Positions 12,331-27,300 of a stretch of 64,000 bases of DNA are shown here, piece after piece. The notes under the pieces were generated by a model. The model saw nothing but the letters and a program-made list of their open reading frames with translations, was not told the DNA's origin and made no database searches. A program made the position numbers and the translations under genes. The stretch's first letter is position 1, and each line of letters begins with the position of its first letter. Source of the stretch: Eledone cirrhosa (Eukaryota); contig OZ024741.1 in assembly GCA_964016885.1 (NCBI GenBank), positions 282,596,001-282,660,000 on the forward strand, read 5' to 3'.

Positions 12331-15300
12331 GTGTGTCTGTCTCTATCTAATAATCACCAAGTATGGTGTGTCTATCTTTATCTAATAAAAACCAAGTATG
12401 GTGTGTCTGTCTCTATCTAATAAACACCAAGTGTGGTGTATCAATCTCTATCTAATAAACACCAGGTGTGGTGTGTCTGTCTCTATCTAATAAACACCAA
12501 GTATGGTGTGTCTGTCTCTATCTAATAAACACCAAGTGTGGTGTATCAATCTCTATCTAATAAACACCAAGTGTGGTGTGTCTATCTCTATCTAATAAAC
12601 ACCAAGTGTGGTGTGTCTATCTCTATCTAATAAACACCAAGTATGGTGTGTCTGTCTCTATCTAATAAACACCAAGTATGGTGTGTCTATCTTTATCTAA
12701 TAAACACCAAGTATGGTGTGTCTGTCTCTATCTAATAATCACCAAGTATGGTGTGTCTATCTTTATCTAATAAAAACCAAGTATGGTGTGTCTGTCTCTA
12801 TCTAATAAACACCAAGTTTGGTGTATCAATCTCTATCTAATAAACACCAAGTGTGGTGTGTCTGTCTCTATCTAATAAACACCAAGTATGGTGTGTCTGT
12901 CTCTATCTAATAAACACCAAGTGTGGTGTATCTGTCAATATCTAATAAACACCAAGTGTGGTGTGTCTGTCTCTATCTAATAAACACCAAGTATTGTGTG
13001 CCTGTCTCTATCAAATAAACACCAAGTATGGTGTGTCTATCTCTATCTAATAAACACCAAGTATAGTGTGTCTGTCTCTATCTAATAAACACCAAGTATG
13101 GTGTGTCTGTCTCTATCTAATAAACACGAAGTGTGGTGTGTCTATCTCTATCTAATAAACACCAAGTGTGGTGTGTCTGTCTCTATCTAATAAACACCAA
13201 GTGTGGTGTATCTGTCTCTATCTAATAAACACCAAGTGTGGTGTATCTGTCTCTATCTAATAAACACCAAGTGTGGTGTGTCTGTCTCTATCTAATAAAC
13301 ACCAGGTATGGTGTGTCTGTCTCTATCTAATAAACACCAAGTGTGGTGTATCTGTCTCTATCTAATAAACACCAAGTGTGGTGTGTCTGTCTCTATCTAA
13401 TAAACACCAAGTATGGTGTGTCTGTCTCTATCTAATAAACACCAAGTATGTTGTGTCTGTCTCTATCTAATAAACACCAAGTATGGTGTGTCTGTCTCTA
13501 TCTAATAAACACCAAGTATGGTGTGTCTGTCTCTATCTAATAAACACCAAGTGTGGTGTGTCTGTCTCTATCTAATAAACACCAAGTATGGTGTGTCTGT
13601 CTCTATCTAATAAACACCAAGTGTGGTGTGTCTGTCTCTATCTAATAAACACCAAGTGTGGTGTGTCTGTCTCTATCTAATAAACACCAAGTGTGGTGTA
13701 TCTATCTCTATCTAATAAACACCAAGTATGGTGTGTCTGTCTCTATCTAATAAACACCAAGTGTGGTGTATCTATCTCTATCTAATAAACACCAAGTGTG
13801 GTGTATCTGTCTCTATCTAATAAACACCAAGTATGTTGTGTCTATCTCTATCTTATAAACACCAAGTATGGTGTGTCTGTCTCTATCTAATAAACACCAA
13901 GTGTGGTGTGTCTATCTCTATCTAATAAACACCAAGTGTGGTGTGTCTGTTTCTATCTAATAAACACCAAGTGTGGTGTATCTATCTCTATCTAATAAAC
14001 ACCAAGTATGATGTGTCTGTCTCTATCTAATAAACACCAAGTATGGTGTGTCTGTCTCTATCTAATAAACACCAAGTATGGTGTGTCTGTCTCTATCTAA
14101 TAAACACCAAGTGTGGTGTGTCTATCTCTATCTAATAAACACCAAGTGTGGTGTGTCTGTCTCTATCTAATAAACACCAAGTGTGGTGTATCTGTCTCTA
14201 TCTAATAAACACCAAGTGTGGTGTGTCTATCTTTATCTCATAAAAACCAAGTATGGCGTGTCTGTCTCTATCTAATAAACACCAAGTGTGGTGTGTCTGT
14301 CTCTATCTAATAAACACCAAGTATGGTGTGTCTGTCTCTATCTAATAAACACCAAGTGTGGTGTATCTGTCTCTCTCTAATAAACACCAAGTGTGGTGTG
14401 TCTGTCTCTATCTAATAAACACCAAGTATGGTGTGTCTGTCTCTATCTAATAAACACCAAGTATTGTGTGCCTGTCTCTATCAAATAAACACCAAGTATG
14501 GTGTGTCTATCTCTATCTAATAAACACCAAGTATGGTGTGTCTATCTTTATCTAATAAAAACCAAGTATGGTGTGTCTGTCTCTATCTAATAAACACCAA
14601 GTGTGGTGTATCAATCTCTATCTAATAAACACCAAGTGTGGTGTGTCTGTCTCTATCTAATAAACAGCAAGTATGGTGTGTCTGTCTCTATCTAATAAAC
14701 ACGAAGTGTGGTGTGTCTGTCTCTATCTAATAAACACCAAGTGTGGTGTGTCTGTCTCTATCTAATAAACACCAAGTATGGTGTGTCTGTCTCTATCTAA
14801 TAAACACCAAGTGTGGTGTGTCTGTCTCTATCTAATAAACACCAAGTATTGTGTGCCTGTCTCTATCAAATAAACATCAAGTATGGTGTGTCTATCTCTA
14901 TCTAATAAACACCAAGTATAGTATGTCTGTCTCTATCTAATAAACACCAAGCATGGTGTGTCAGTCTCTATCTAATAAACACGAAGTGTGGTGTGTCTAT
15001 CTCTATCTAATAAACACCAAGTGTGGTGTGTCTGTCTCTATCTAATAAACACCAAGTGTGGTGTATCTGTCTCTATCTAATAAACACCAAGTGTGGTGTA
15101 TCTGTCTCTATCTAATAAACACCAAGTGTGGTGTATCTGTCTCTATCTAATAAACACCAGGTATGGTGTGTCTGTCTCTATCTAATAAACACCAAGTGTG
15201 GTGTATCTGTCTCTATCTAATAAACACCAAGTGTGGTGTGTCTGTCTCTATCTAATAAACACCAAGTATGGTGTGTCTGTCTCTATCTAATAAACACCAA

Positions 15301-18300
15301 GTATGTTGTGTCTGTCTCTATCTAATAAACACCAAGAATGGTGTGTCTGTCTCTATCTAATAAACACCAAGTATGGTGTGTCTGTCTCTATCTAATAAAC
15401 ACCAAGTATGGTGTGTCTGTCTCTATCTAATAAACAGCAAGTATGGTGTGTCTGTCTCTATCTAATAAACACCAAGTGTGGTGTGTCTGTCTCTATCTAA
15501 TAAACACCAAGTATGGTGTGTCTGTCTCAATCTAATAAATACCAAGTATGGTGTGTCTGTCTCTATCTAATAAACACCAAGTGTGGTGTGTCTGTCTCTA
15601 TCTAATAAACACCAAGTATGGTGTGTCTGTCTCTATCTAATAAACAGCAAGTATGGTGTGTCTGTCTCTATCTAATAAACACCAAGTGTGGTGTGTCTGT
15701 CTCTATCTAATAAACACCAAGTATGGTGTGTCTGTCTCTATCTAATAAACAGCAAGTATGGTGTGTCTGTCTCTATCTAATAAACACCAAGTGTGGTGTG
15801 TCTGTCTCTATCTAATAAACACCAAGTATGGTGTGTCTGTCTCTATCTAATAAACACCAAGTGTGGTGTGTCTGTCTCTATCTAATAAACACCAAGTGTG
15901 GTGTATCTGTCTCTATCTAATAAAAAGCAAGTGTGGGGTGTCTATCTTTATCTAATAAACACCAAGTATGGTGTGTCTATCTCTATCTAATAAACACCAA
16001 GTATGGTGTGTCTATCTCTATCTAATAAACACCAAGTGTGGTGTGTCTATCTTTATCTAATAAACACCAAGTATGGTGTGTCTATCTCTATCTAATAAAC
16101 ACCAAGTATGGTGTGTCTATCTCTATCTAATAAACACCAAGTATCGTGTGCCTGTCTCTATCTAATAAACACCAAGTATGCTGTGTCTGTCTCTATCTAA
16201 TAAACACCAAGTATGGTGTGTCTGTCTCTATCTAATAAACACCAAGTATGGTGTGTCTATCTTTATCTAATAAACACCAAGTATGGTGTGTCTATCTCTA
16301 TCTAATAAACACCAAGTATGGTGTGTCTGTCTCTATCTAATAATCACCAAGTATGGTGTGTCTATCTTTATCTAATAAAAACCAAGTATGGTGTGTCTGT
16401 CTCTATCTAATAAACACCAAGTGTGGTGTATCAATCTCTATCTAATAAACACCAGGTGTGGTGTGTCTGTCTCTATCTAATAAACACCAAGTATGGTGTG
16501 TCTGTCTCTATCTAATAAACACCAAGTGTGGTGTATCAATCTCTATCTAATAAACACCAAGTGTGGTGTGTCTATCTCTATCTAATAAACACCAAGTGTG
16601 GTGTGTCTATCTCTATCTAATAAACACCAAGTATGGTGTGTCTGTCTCTATCTAATAAACACCAAGTATGGTGTGTCTATCTTTATCTAATAAACACCAA
16701 GTATGGTGTGTCTGTCTCTATCTAATAATCACCAAGTATGGTGTGTCTATCTTTATCTAATAAAAACCAAGTATGGTGTGTCTGTCTCTATCTAATAAAC
16801 ACCAAGTTTGGTGTATCAATCTCTATCTAATAAACACCAAGTGTGGTGTGTCTGTCTCTATCTAATAAACACCAAGTATGCTGTGTCTGTCTCTATCTAA
16901 TAAACACCAAGTGTGGTGTATCTGTCAATATCTAATAAACACCAAGTGTGGTGTGTCTGTCTCTATCTAATAAACACCAAGTATTGTGTGCCTGTCTCTA
17001 TCAAATAAACACCAAGTATGGTGTGTCTATCTCTATCTAATAAACACCAAGTATAGTGTGTCTGTCTCTATCTAATAAACACCAAGTATGGTGTGTCTGT
17101 CTCTATCTAATAAACACGAAGTGTGGTGTGTCTATCTCTATCTAATAAACACCAAGTGTGGTGTGTCTGTCTCTATCTAATAAACACCAAGTGTGGTGTA
17201 TCTGTCTCTATCTAATAAACACCAAGTGTGGTGTATCTGTCTCTATCTAATAAACACCAAGTGTGGTGTGTCTGTCTCTATCTAATAAACACCAGGTATG
17301 GTGTGTCTGTCTCTATCTAATAAACACCAAGTGTGGTGTATCTGTCTCTATCTAATAAACACCAAGTGTGGTGTGTCTGTCTCTATCTAATAAACACCAA
17401 GTATGGTGTGTCTGTCTCTATCTAATAAACACCAAGTATGTTGTGTCTGTCTCTATCTAATAAACACCAAGTATGGTGTGTCTGTCTCTATCTAATAAAC
17501 ACCAAGTATGGTGTGTCTGTCTCTATCTAATAAACACCAAGTGTGGTGTGTCTGTCTCTATCTAATAAACACCAAGTATGGTGTGTCTGTCTCTATCTAA
17601 TAAACACCAAGTGTGGTGTGTCTGTCTCTATCTAATAAACACCAAGTGTGGTGTGTCTGTCTCTATCTAATAAACACCAAGTGTGGTGTATCTATCTCTA
17701 TCTAATAAACACCAAGTATGGTGTGTCTGTCTCTATCTAATAAACACCAAGTGTGGTGTATCTATCTCTATCTAATAAACACCAAGTGTGGTGTATCTGT
17801 CTCTATCTAATAAACACCAAGTATGTTGTGTCTATCTCTATCTTATAAACACCAAGTATGGTGTGTCTGTCTCTATCTAATAAACACCAAGTGTGGTGTG
17901 TCTATCTCTATCTAATAAACACCAAGTGTGGTGTGTCTGTTTCTATCTAATAAACACCAAGTGTGGTGTATCTATCTCTATCTAATAAACACCAAGTATG
18001 ATGTGTCTGTCTCTATCTAATAAACACCAAGTATGGTGTGTCTGTCTCTATCTAATAAACACCAAGTATGGTGTGTCTGTCTCTATCTAATAAACACCAA
18101 GTGTGGTGTGTCTATCTCTATCTAATAAACACCAAGTGTGGTGTGTCTGTCTCTATCTAATAAACACCAAGTGTGGTGTATCTGTCTCTATCTAATAAAC
18201 ACCAAGTGTGGTGTGTCTATCTTTATCTCATAAAAACCAAGTATGGCGTGTCTGTCTCTATCTAATAAACACCAAGTGTGGTGTGTCTGTCTCTATCTAA

Positions 18301-21300
18301 TAAACACCAAGTATGGTGTGTCTGTCTCTATCTAATAAACACCAAGTGTGGTGTATCTGTCTCTCTCTAATAAACACCAAGTGTGGTGTGTCTGTCTCTA
18401 TCTAATAAACACCAAGTATGGTGTGTCTGTCTCTATCTAATAAACACCAAGTATTGTGTGCCTGTCTCTATCAAATAAACACCAAGTATGGTGTGTCTAT
18501 CTCTATCTAATAAACACCAAGTATGGTGTGTCTATCTTTATCTAATAAAAACCAAGTATGGTGTGTCTGTCTCTATCTAATAAACACCAAGTGTGGTGTA
18601 TCAATCTCTATCTAATAAACACCAAGTGTGGTGTGTCTGTCTCTATCTAATAAACAGCAAGTATGGTGTGTCTGTCTCTATCTAATAAACACGAAGTGTG
18701 GTGTGTCTGTCTCTATCTAATAAACACCAAGTGTGGTGTGTCTGTCTCTATCTAATAAACACCAAGTATGGTGTGTCTGTCTCTATCTAATAAACACCAA
18801 GTGTGGTGTGTCTGTCTCTATCTAATAAACACCAAGTATTGTGTGCCTGTCTCTATCAAATAAACATCAAGTATGGTGTGTCTATCTCTATCTAATAAAC
18901 ACCAAGTATAGTATGTCTGTCTCTATCTAATAAACACCAAGCATGGTGTGTCAGTCTCTATCTAATAAACACGAAGTGTGGTGTGTCTATCTCTATCTAA
19001 TAAACACCAAGTGTGGTGTGTCTGTCTCTATCTAATAAACACCAAGTGTGGTGTATCTGTCTCTATCTAATAAACACCAAGTGTGGTGTATCTGTCTCTA
19101 TCTAATAAACACCAAGTGTGGTGTATCTGTCTCTATCTAATAAACACCAGGTATGGTGTGTCTGTCTCTATCTAATAAACACCAAGTGTGGTGTATCTGT
19201 CTCTATCTAATAAACACCAAGTGTGGTGTGTCTGTCTCTATCTAATAAACACCAAGTATGGTGTGTCTGTCTCTATCTAATAAACACCAAGTGTGGTGTG
19301 TCTGTCTCTATCTAATAAACACCAAGTGTGGTGTGTCTGTCTCTATCTAATAAACACCAAGTGTGGTGTATCTATCTCTATCTAATAAACACCAAGTATG
19401 GTGTGTCTGTCTCTATCTAATAAACACCAAGTGTGGTGTGTCTGTCTCTATCTAATAAACACCAAGTGTGGTGTATCTATCTCTATCTAATAAACACCAA
19501 GTATGATGTGTCTGTCTCTATCTAATAAACACCAAGTATGGTGTGTCTGTCTCTATCTAATAAACACCAAGTATGGTGTGTCTGTCTCTATCTAATAAAC
19601 ACCAAGTGTGGTGTGTCTATCTCTATCTAATAAACACCAAGTGTGGTGTGTCTGTCTCTATCTAATAAACACCAAGTGTGGTGTATCTGTCTCTATCTAA
19701 TAAACACCAAGTGTGGTGTGTCTATCTTTATCTCATAAAAACCAAGTATGGCGTGTCTGTCTCTATCTAATAAACACCAAGTGTGGTGTGTCTGTCTCTA
19801 TCTAATAAACACCAAGTATGGTGTGTCTGTCTCTATCTAATAAACACCAAGTGTGGTGTATCTGTCTCTCTCTAATAAACACCAAGTGTGGTGTGTCTGT
19901 CTCTATCTAATAAACACCAAGTATGGTGTGTCTGTCTCTATCTAATAAACACCAAGTATTGTGTGCCTGTCTCTATCAAATAAACACCAAGTATGGTGTG
20001 TCTATCTCTATCTAATAAACACCAAGTATGGTGTGTCTATCTTTATCTAATAAAAACCAAGTATGGTGTGTCTGTCTCTATCTAATAAACACCAAGTGTG
20101 GTGTATCAATCTCTATCTAATAAACACCAAGTGTGGTGTGTCTGTCTCTATCTAATAAATAGCAAGTATGGTGTGTCTGTCTCTATCTAATAAACACGAA
20201 GTGTGGTGTGTCTGTCTCTATCTAATAAACACCAAGTGTGGTGTGTCTGTCTCTATCTAATAAACACCAAGTATGGTGTGTCTGTCTCTATCTAATAAAC
20301 ACCAAGTGTGGTGTGTCTGTCTCTATCTAATAAACACCAAGTATTGTGTGCCTGTCTCTATCAAATAAACATCAAGTATGGTGTGTCTATCTCTATCTAA
20401 TAAACACCAAGTATAGTATGTCTGTCTCTATCTAATAAACACCAAGCATGGTGTGTCAGTCTCTATCTAATAAACACGAAGTGTGGTGTGTCTATCTCTA
20501 TCTAATAAACACCAAGTGTGGTGTGTCTGTCTCTATCTAATAAACACCAAGTGTGGTGTATCTGTCTCTATCTAATAAACACCAAGTGTGGTGTATCTGT
20601 CTCTATCTAATAAACACCAAGTGTGGTGTGTCTGTCTCTATCTAATAAACACCAGGTATGGTGTGTCTGTCTCTATCTAATAAACACCAAGTGTGGTGTA
20701 TCTGTCTCTATCTAATAAACACCAAGTGTGGTGTGTCTGCCTCTATCTAATAAACACCAAGTATGGTGTGTCTGTCTCTATCTAATAAACACCAAGTATG
20801 TTGTGTCTGTCTCTATCTAATAAACACCAAGAATGGTGTGTCTGTCTCTATCTAATAAACACCAAGTATGGTGTGTCTGTCTCTATCTAATAAACACCAA
20901 GTATGGTGTGTCTGTCTCTATCTAATAAACAGCAAGTATGGTGTGTCTGTCTCTATCTAATAAACACCAAGTGTGGTGTGTCTGTCTCTATCTAATAAAC
21001 ACCAAGTATGGTGTGTCTGTCTCAATCTAATAAACAGCAAGTATGGTGTGTCTGTCTCTATCTAATAAACACCAAGTGTGGTGTGTCTGTCTCTATCTAA
21101 TAAACACCAAGTATGGTGTGTCTGTCTCTATCTAATAAACACCAAGTATGGTGTGTCTATCTCTATCTAATAAACACCAAGTGTGGTGTGTCTATCTCTA
21201 TCTAATAAACACCAAGTGTGGTGTGTCTATCTCTATCTAATAAACACCAAGTATGGTGTGTCTATCTCTATCTAATAAACACCAAGTATGGTGTGTCTAT

Positions 21301-24300
21301 CTCTATCTAATAAACACCAAGTATCGTGTGCCTGTCTCTATCTAATAAACACCAAGTATGGTGTGTCTATCTCTATCTAATAAACATCAAGTATAGTGTG
21401 TCTGTCTCTATCTAATAAACACCAAGTATGGTGTGTCTGTCTATATCTAATAAACACCACTGTGGTGTGTCTGTCTCTATCTAATAAACACCAAGTGTGG
21501 TGTGTCTGTCTCTATCTAATAAAAACCAAGTATGGTGTGTCTGTCTCTATCTAATAAACACCAAGTGTGGTGTATCTGTCTCTATCTAATAAACACCAAG
21601 TGTGGTGTGTCTGTCTCTATCTAATAAACACCAAGTATGGTGTGTCTGTCTCTATCTAATAAACACCAAGTATTGTGTGCCTGTCTCTATCAAATAAACA
21701 CCAAGTATGGTGTGTCTGTCTCTATCTAATAAACACCAAGTGTGGTGTGTCTATCTTTATCTAATAAAAACCAAGTATGGTGTATCTGTCTCTATCAAAT
21801 AAGCACCAAGTATGGTGTGTCTGTCTCTATCTAATAAACACCAAGTGTGGTGTATCTGTCTCTATCTAATAAACACCAAGTGTGGTGTGTCTGTCTCTAT
21901 CTAATAAACACCAAGTATTGTGTGCCTGTCTCTATCAAATAAACACCAAGTATGGTGTGTCTATCTCTATCTAATAAACATCAAGTATAGTGTGTCTGTC
22001 TCTATCTAATAAACACCAAGTATGGTGTGTCTGTCTCTATCTAATAAACACCACTGTGGTGTGTCTGTCTCTATCTAATAAACACCAAGTGTGGTGTGTA
22101 TGTCTCTATCTAATAAACACCAAGTATGGTGTGTCTGTCTCTGTCTAATAAACACCAAGTGTGGTGTGTCTGTCTCTATCTAATAAACACCAAGTATGGT
22201 GTGTCTATCTCTATCAAATAAACACCAAGTATGGTGTATCTGTCTCTATCTAATAAACACCAAGTATGGTGTGTCTGTCTCTATCTAATAAACACCAAGT
22301 ATGGTGTGTCTATCTTTATCTAATAAACACCAAGTATGGTGTGTCTATCTCTATCTAATAAACACCAAGTATGGTGTGTCTGTCTCTATCTAATAATCAC
22401 CAAGTATGGTGTGTCTATCTTTATCTAATAAAAACCAAGTATGGTGTGTCTGTCTCTATCTAATAAACACCAAGTGTGGTGTATCAATCTCTATCTAATA
22501 AACACCAGGTGTGGTGTGTCTGTCTCTATCTAATAAACACCAAGTATGGTGTGTCTGTCTCTATCTAATAAACACCAAGTGTGGTGTATCAATCTCTATC
22601 TAATAAACACCAAGTGTGGTGTGTCTATCTCTATCTAATAAACACCAAGTGTGGTGTGTCTATCTCTATCTAATAAACACCAAGTATGGTGTGTCTGTCT
22701 CTATCTAATAAACACCAAGTATGGTGTGTCTATCTTTATCTAATAAACACCAAGTATGGTGTGTCTGTCTCTATCTAATAATCACCAAGTATGGTGTGTC
22801 TATCTTTATCTAATAAAAACCAAGTATGGTGTGTCTGTCTCTATCTAATAAACACCAAGTTTGGTGTATCAATCTCTATCTAATAAACACCAAGTGTGGT
22901 GTGTCTGTCTCTATCTAATAAACACCAAGTATGGTGTGTCTGTCTCTATCTAATAAACACCAAGTGTGGTGTATCTGTCAATATCTAATAAACACCAAGT
23001 GTGGTGTGTCTGTCTCTATCTAATAAACACCAAGTATTGTGTGCCTGTCTCTATCAAATAAACACCAAGTATGGTGTGTCTATCTCTATCTAATAAACAC
23101 CAAGTATAGTGTGTCTGTCTCTATCTAATAAACACCAAGTATGGTGTGTCTGTCTCTATCTAATAAACACGAAGTGTGGTGTGTCTATCTCTATCTAATA
23201 AACACCAAGTGTGGTGTGTCTGTCTCTATCTAATAAACACCAAGTGTGGTGTATCTGTCTCTATCTAATAAACACCAAGTGTGGTGTATCTGTCTCTATC
23301 TAATAAACACCAAGTGTGGTGTGTCTGTCTCTATCTAATAAACACCAGGTATGGTGTGTCTGTCTCTATCTAATAAACACCAAGTGTGGTGTATCTGTCT
23401 CTATCTAATAAACACCAAGTGTGGTGTGTCTGTCTCTATCTAATAAACACCAAGTATGGTGTGTCTGTCTCTATCTAATAAACACCAAGTATGTTGTGTC
23501 TGTCTCTATCTAATAAACACCAAGTATGGTGTGTCTGTCTCTATCTAATAAACACCAAGTATGGTGTGTCTGTCTCTATCTAATAAACACCAAGTGTGGT
23601 GTGTCTGTCTCTATCTAATAAACACCAAGTATGGTGTGTCTGTCTCTATCTAATAAACACCAAGTGTGGTGTGTCTGTCTCTATCTAATAAACACCAAGT
23701 GTGGTGTGTCTGTCTCTATCTAATAAACACCAAGTGTGGTGTATCTATCTCTATCTAATAAACACCAAGTATGGTGTGTCTGTCTCTATCTAATAAACAC
23801 CAAGTGTGGTGTATCTATCTCTATCTAATAAACACCAAGTGTGGTGTATCTGTCTCTATCTAATAAACACCAAGTATGTTGTGTCTATCTCTATCTTATA
23901 AACACCAAGTATGGTGTGTCTGTCTCTATCTAATAAACACCAAGTGTGGTGTGTCTATCTCTATCTAATAAACACCAAGTGTGGTGTGTCTGTTTCTATC
24001 TAATAAACACCAAGTGTGGTGTATCTATCTCTATCTAATAAACACCAAGTATGATGTGTCTGTCTCTATCTAATAAACACCAAGTATGGTGTGTCTGTCT
24101 CTATCTAATAAACACCAAGTATGGTGTGTCTGTCTCTATCTAATAAACACCAAGTGTGGTGTGTCTATCTCTATCTAATAAACACCAAGTGTGGTGTGTC
24201 TGTCTCTATCTAATAAACACCAAGTGTGGTGTATCTGTCTCTATCTAATAAACACCAAGTGTGGTGTGTCTATCTTTATCTCATAAAAACCAAGTATGGC

Positions 24301-27300
24301 GTGTCTGTCTCTATCTAATAAACACCAAGTGTGGTGTGTCTGTCTCTATCTAATAAACACCAAGTATGGTGTGTCTGTCTCTATCTAATAAACACCAAGT
24401 GTGGTGTATCTGTCTCTCTCTAATAAACACCAAGTGTGGTGTGTCTGTCTCTATCTAATAAACACCAAGTATGGTGTGTCTGTCTCTATCTAATAAACAC
24501 CAAGTATTGTGTGCCTGTCTCTATCAAATAAACACCAAGTATGGTGTGTCTATCTCTATCTAATAAACACCAAGTATGGTGTGTCTATCTTTATCTAATA
24601 AAAACCAAGTATGGTGTGTCTGTCTCTATCTAATAAACACCAAGTGTGGTGTATCAATCTCTATCTAATAAACACCAAGTGTGGTGTGTCTGTCTCTATC
24701 TAATAAACAGCAAGTATGGTGTGTCTGTCTCTATCTAATAAACACGAAGTGTGGTGTGTCTGTCTCTATCTAATAAACACCAAGTGTGGTGTGTCTGTCT
24801 CTATCTAATAAACACCAAGTATGGTGTGTCTGTCTCTATCTAATAAACACCAAGTGTGGTGTGTCTGTCTCTATCTAATAAACACCAAGTATTGTGTGCC
24901 TGTCTCTATCAAATAAACATCAAGTATGGTGTGTCTATCTCTATCTAATAAACACCAAGTATAGTATGTCTGTCTCTATCTAATAAACACCAAGCATGGT
25001 GTGTCAGTCTCTATCTAATAAACACGAAGTGTGGTGTGTCTATCTCTATCTAATAAACACCAAGTGTGGTGTGTCTGTCTCTATCTAATAAACACCAAGT
25101 GTGGTGTATCTGTCTCTATCTAATAAACACCAAGTGTGGTGTATCTGTCTCTATCTAATAAACACCAAGTGTGGTGTATCTGTCTCTATCTAATAAACAC
25201 CAGGTATGGTGTGTCTGTCTCTATCTAATAAACACCAAGTGTGGTGTATCTGTCTCTATCTAATAAACACCAAGTGTGGTGTGTCTGTCTCTATCTAATA
25301 AACACCAAGTATGGTGTGTCTGTCTCTATCTAATAAACACCAAGTATGTTGTGTCTGTCTCTATCTAATAAACACCAAGAATGGTGTGTCTGTCTCTATC
25401 TAATAAACACCAAGTATGGTGTGTCTGTCTCTATCTAATAAACACCAAGTATGGTGTGTCTGTCTCTATCTAATAAACAGCAAGTATGGTGTGTCTGTCT
25501 CTATCTAATAAACACCAAGTGTGGTGTGTCTGTCTCTATCTAATAAACACCAAGTATGGTGTGTCTGTCTCAATCTAATAAATACCAAGTATGGTGTGTC
25601 TGTCTCTATCTAATAAACACCAAGTGTGGTGTGTCTGTCTCTATCTAATAAACACCAAGTATGGTGTGTCTGTCTCTATCTAATAAACAGCAAGTATGGT
25701 GTGTCTGTCTCTATCTAATAAACACCAAGTGTGGTGTGTCTGTCTCTATCTAATAAACACCAAGTATGGTGTGTCTGTCTCTATCTAATAAACAGCAAGT
25801 ATGGTGTGTCTGTCTCTATCTAATAAACACCAAGTGTGGTGTGTCTGTCTCTATCTAATAAACACCAAGTATGGTGTGTCTGTCTCTATCTAATAAACAC
25901 CAAGTGTGGTGTGTCTGTCTCTATCTAATAAACACCAAGTGTGGTGTATCTGTCTCTATCTAATAAAAAGCAAGTGTGGGGTGTCTATCTTTATCTAATA
26001 AACACCAAGTATGGTGTGTCTATCTCTATCTAATAAACACCAAGTATGGTGTGTCTATCTCTATCTAATAAACACCAAGTGTGGTGTGTCTATCTTTATC
26101 TAATAAACACCAAGTATGGTGTGTCTATCTCTATCTAATAAACACCAAGTATGGTGTGTCTATCTCTATCTAATAAACACCAAGTATCGTGTGCCTGTCT
26201 CTATCTAATAAACACCAAGTATGCTGTGTCTGTCTCTATCTAATAAACACCAAGTATGGTGTGTCTGTCTCTATCTAATAAACACCAAGTATGGTGTGTC
26301 TATCTTTATCTAATAAACACCAAGTATGGTGTGTCTATCTCTATCTAATAAACACCAAGTATGGTGTGTCTGTCTCTATCTAATAATCACCAAGTATGGT
26401 GTGTCTATCTTTATCTAATAAAAACCAAGTATGGTGTGTCTGTCTCTATCTAATAAACACCAAGTGTGGTGTATCAATCTCTATCTAATAAACACCAGGT
26501 GTGGTGTGTCTGTCTCTATCTAATAAACACCAAGTATGGTGTGTCTGTCTCTATCTAATAAACACCAAGTGTGGTGTATCAATCTCTATCTAATAAACAC
26601 CAAGTGTGGTGTGTCTATCTCTATCTAATAAACACCAAGTGTGGTGTGTCTATCTCTATCTAATAAACACCAAGTATGGTGTGTCTGTCTCTATCTAATA
26701 AACACCAAGTATGGTGTGTCTATCTTTATCTAATAAACACCAAGTATGGTGTGTCTGTCTCTATCTAATAATCACCAAGTATGGTGTGTCTATCTTTATC
26801 TAATAAAAACCAAGTATGGTGTGTCTGTCTCTATCTAATAAACACCAAGTTTGGTGTATCAATCTCTATCTAATAAACACCAAGTGTGGTGTGTCTGTCT
26901 CTATCTAATAAACACCAAGTATGGTGTGTCTGTCTCTATCTAATAAACACCAAGTGTGGTGTATCTGTCAATATCTAATAAACACCAAGTGTGGTGTGTC
27001 TGTCTCTATCTAATAAACACCAAGTATTGTGTGCCTGTCTCTATCAAATAAACACCAAGTATGGTGTGTCTATCTCTATCTAATAAACACCAAGTATAGT
27101 GTGTCTGTCTCTATCTAATAAACACCAAGTATGGTGTGTCTGTCTCTATCTAATAAACACGAAGTGTGGTGTGTCTATCTCTATCTAATAAACACCAAGT
27201 GTGGTGTGTCTGTCTCTATCTAATAAACACCAAGTGTGGTGTATCTGTCTCTATCTAATAAACACCAAGTGTGGTGTATCTGTCTCTATCTAATAAACAC

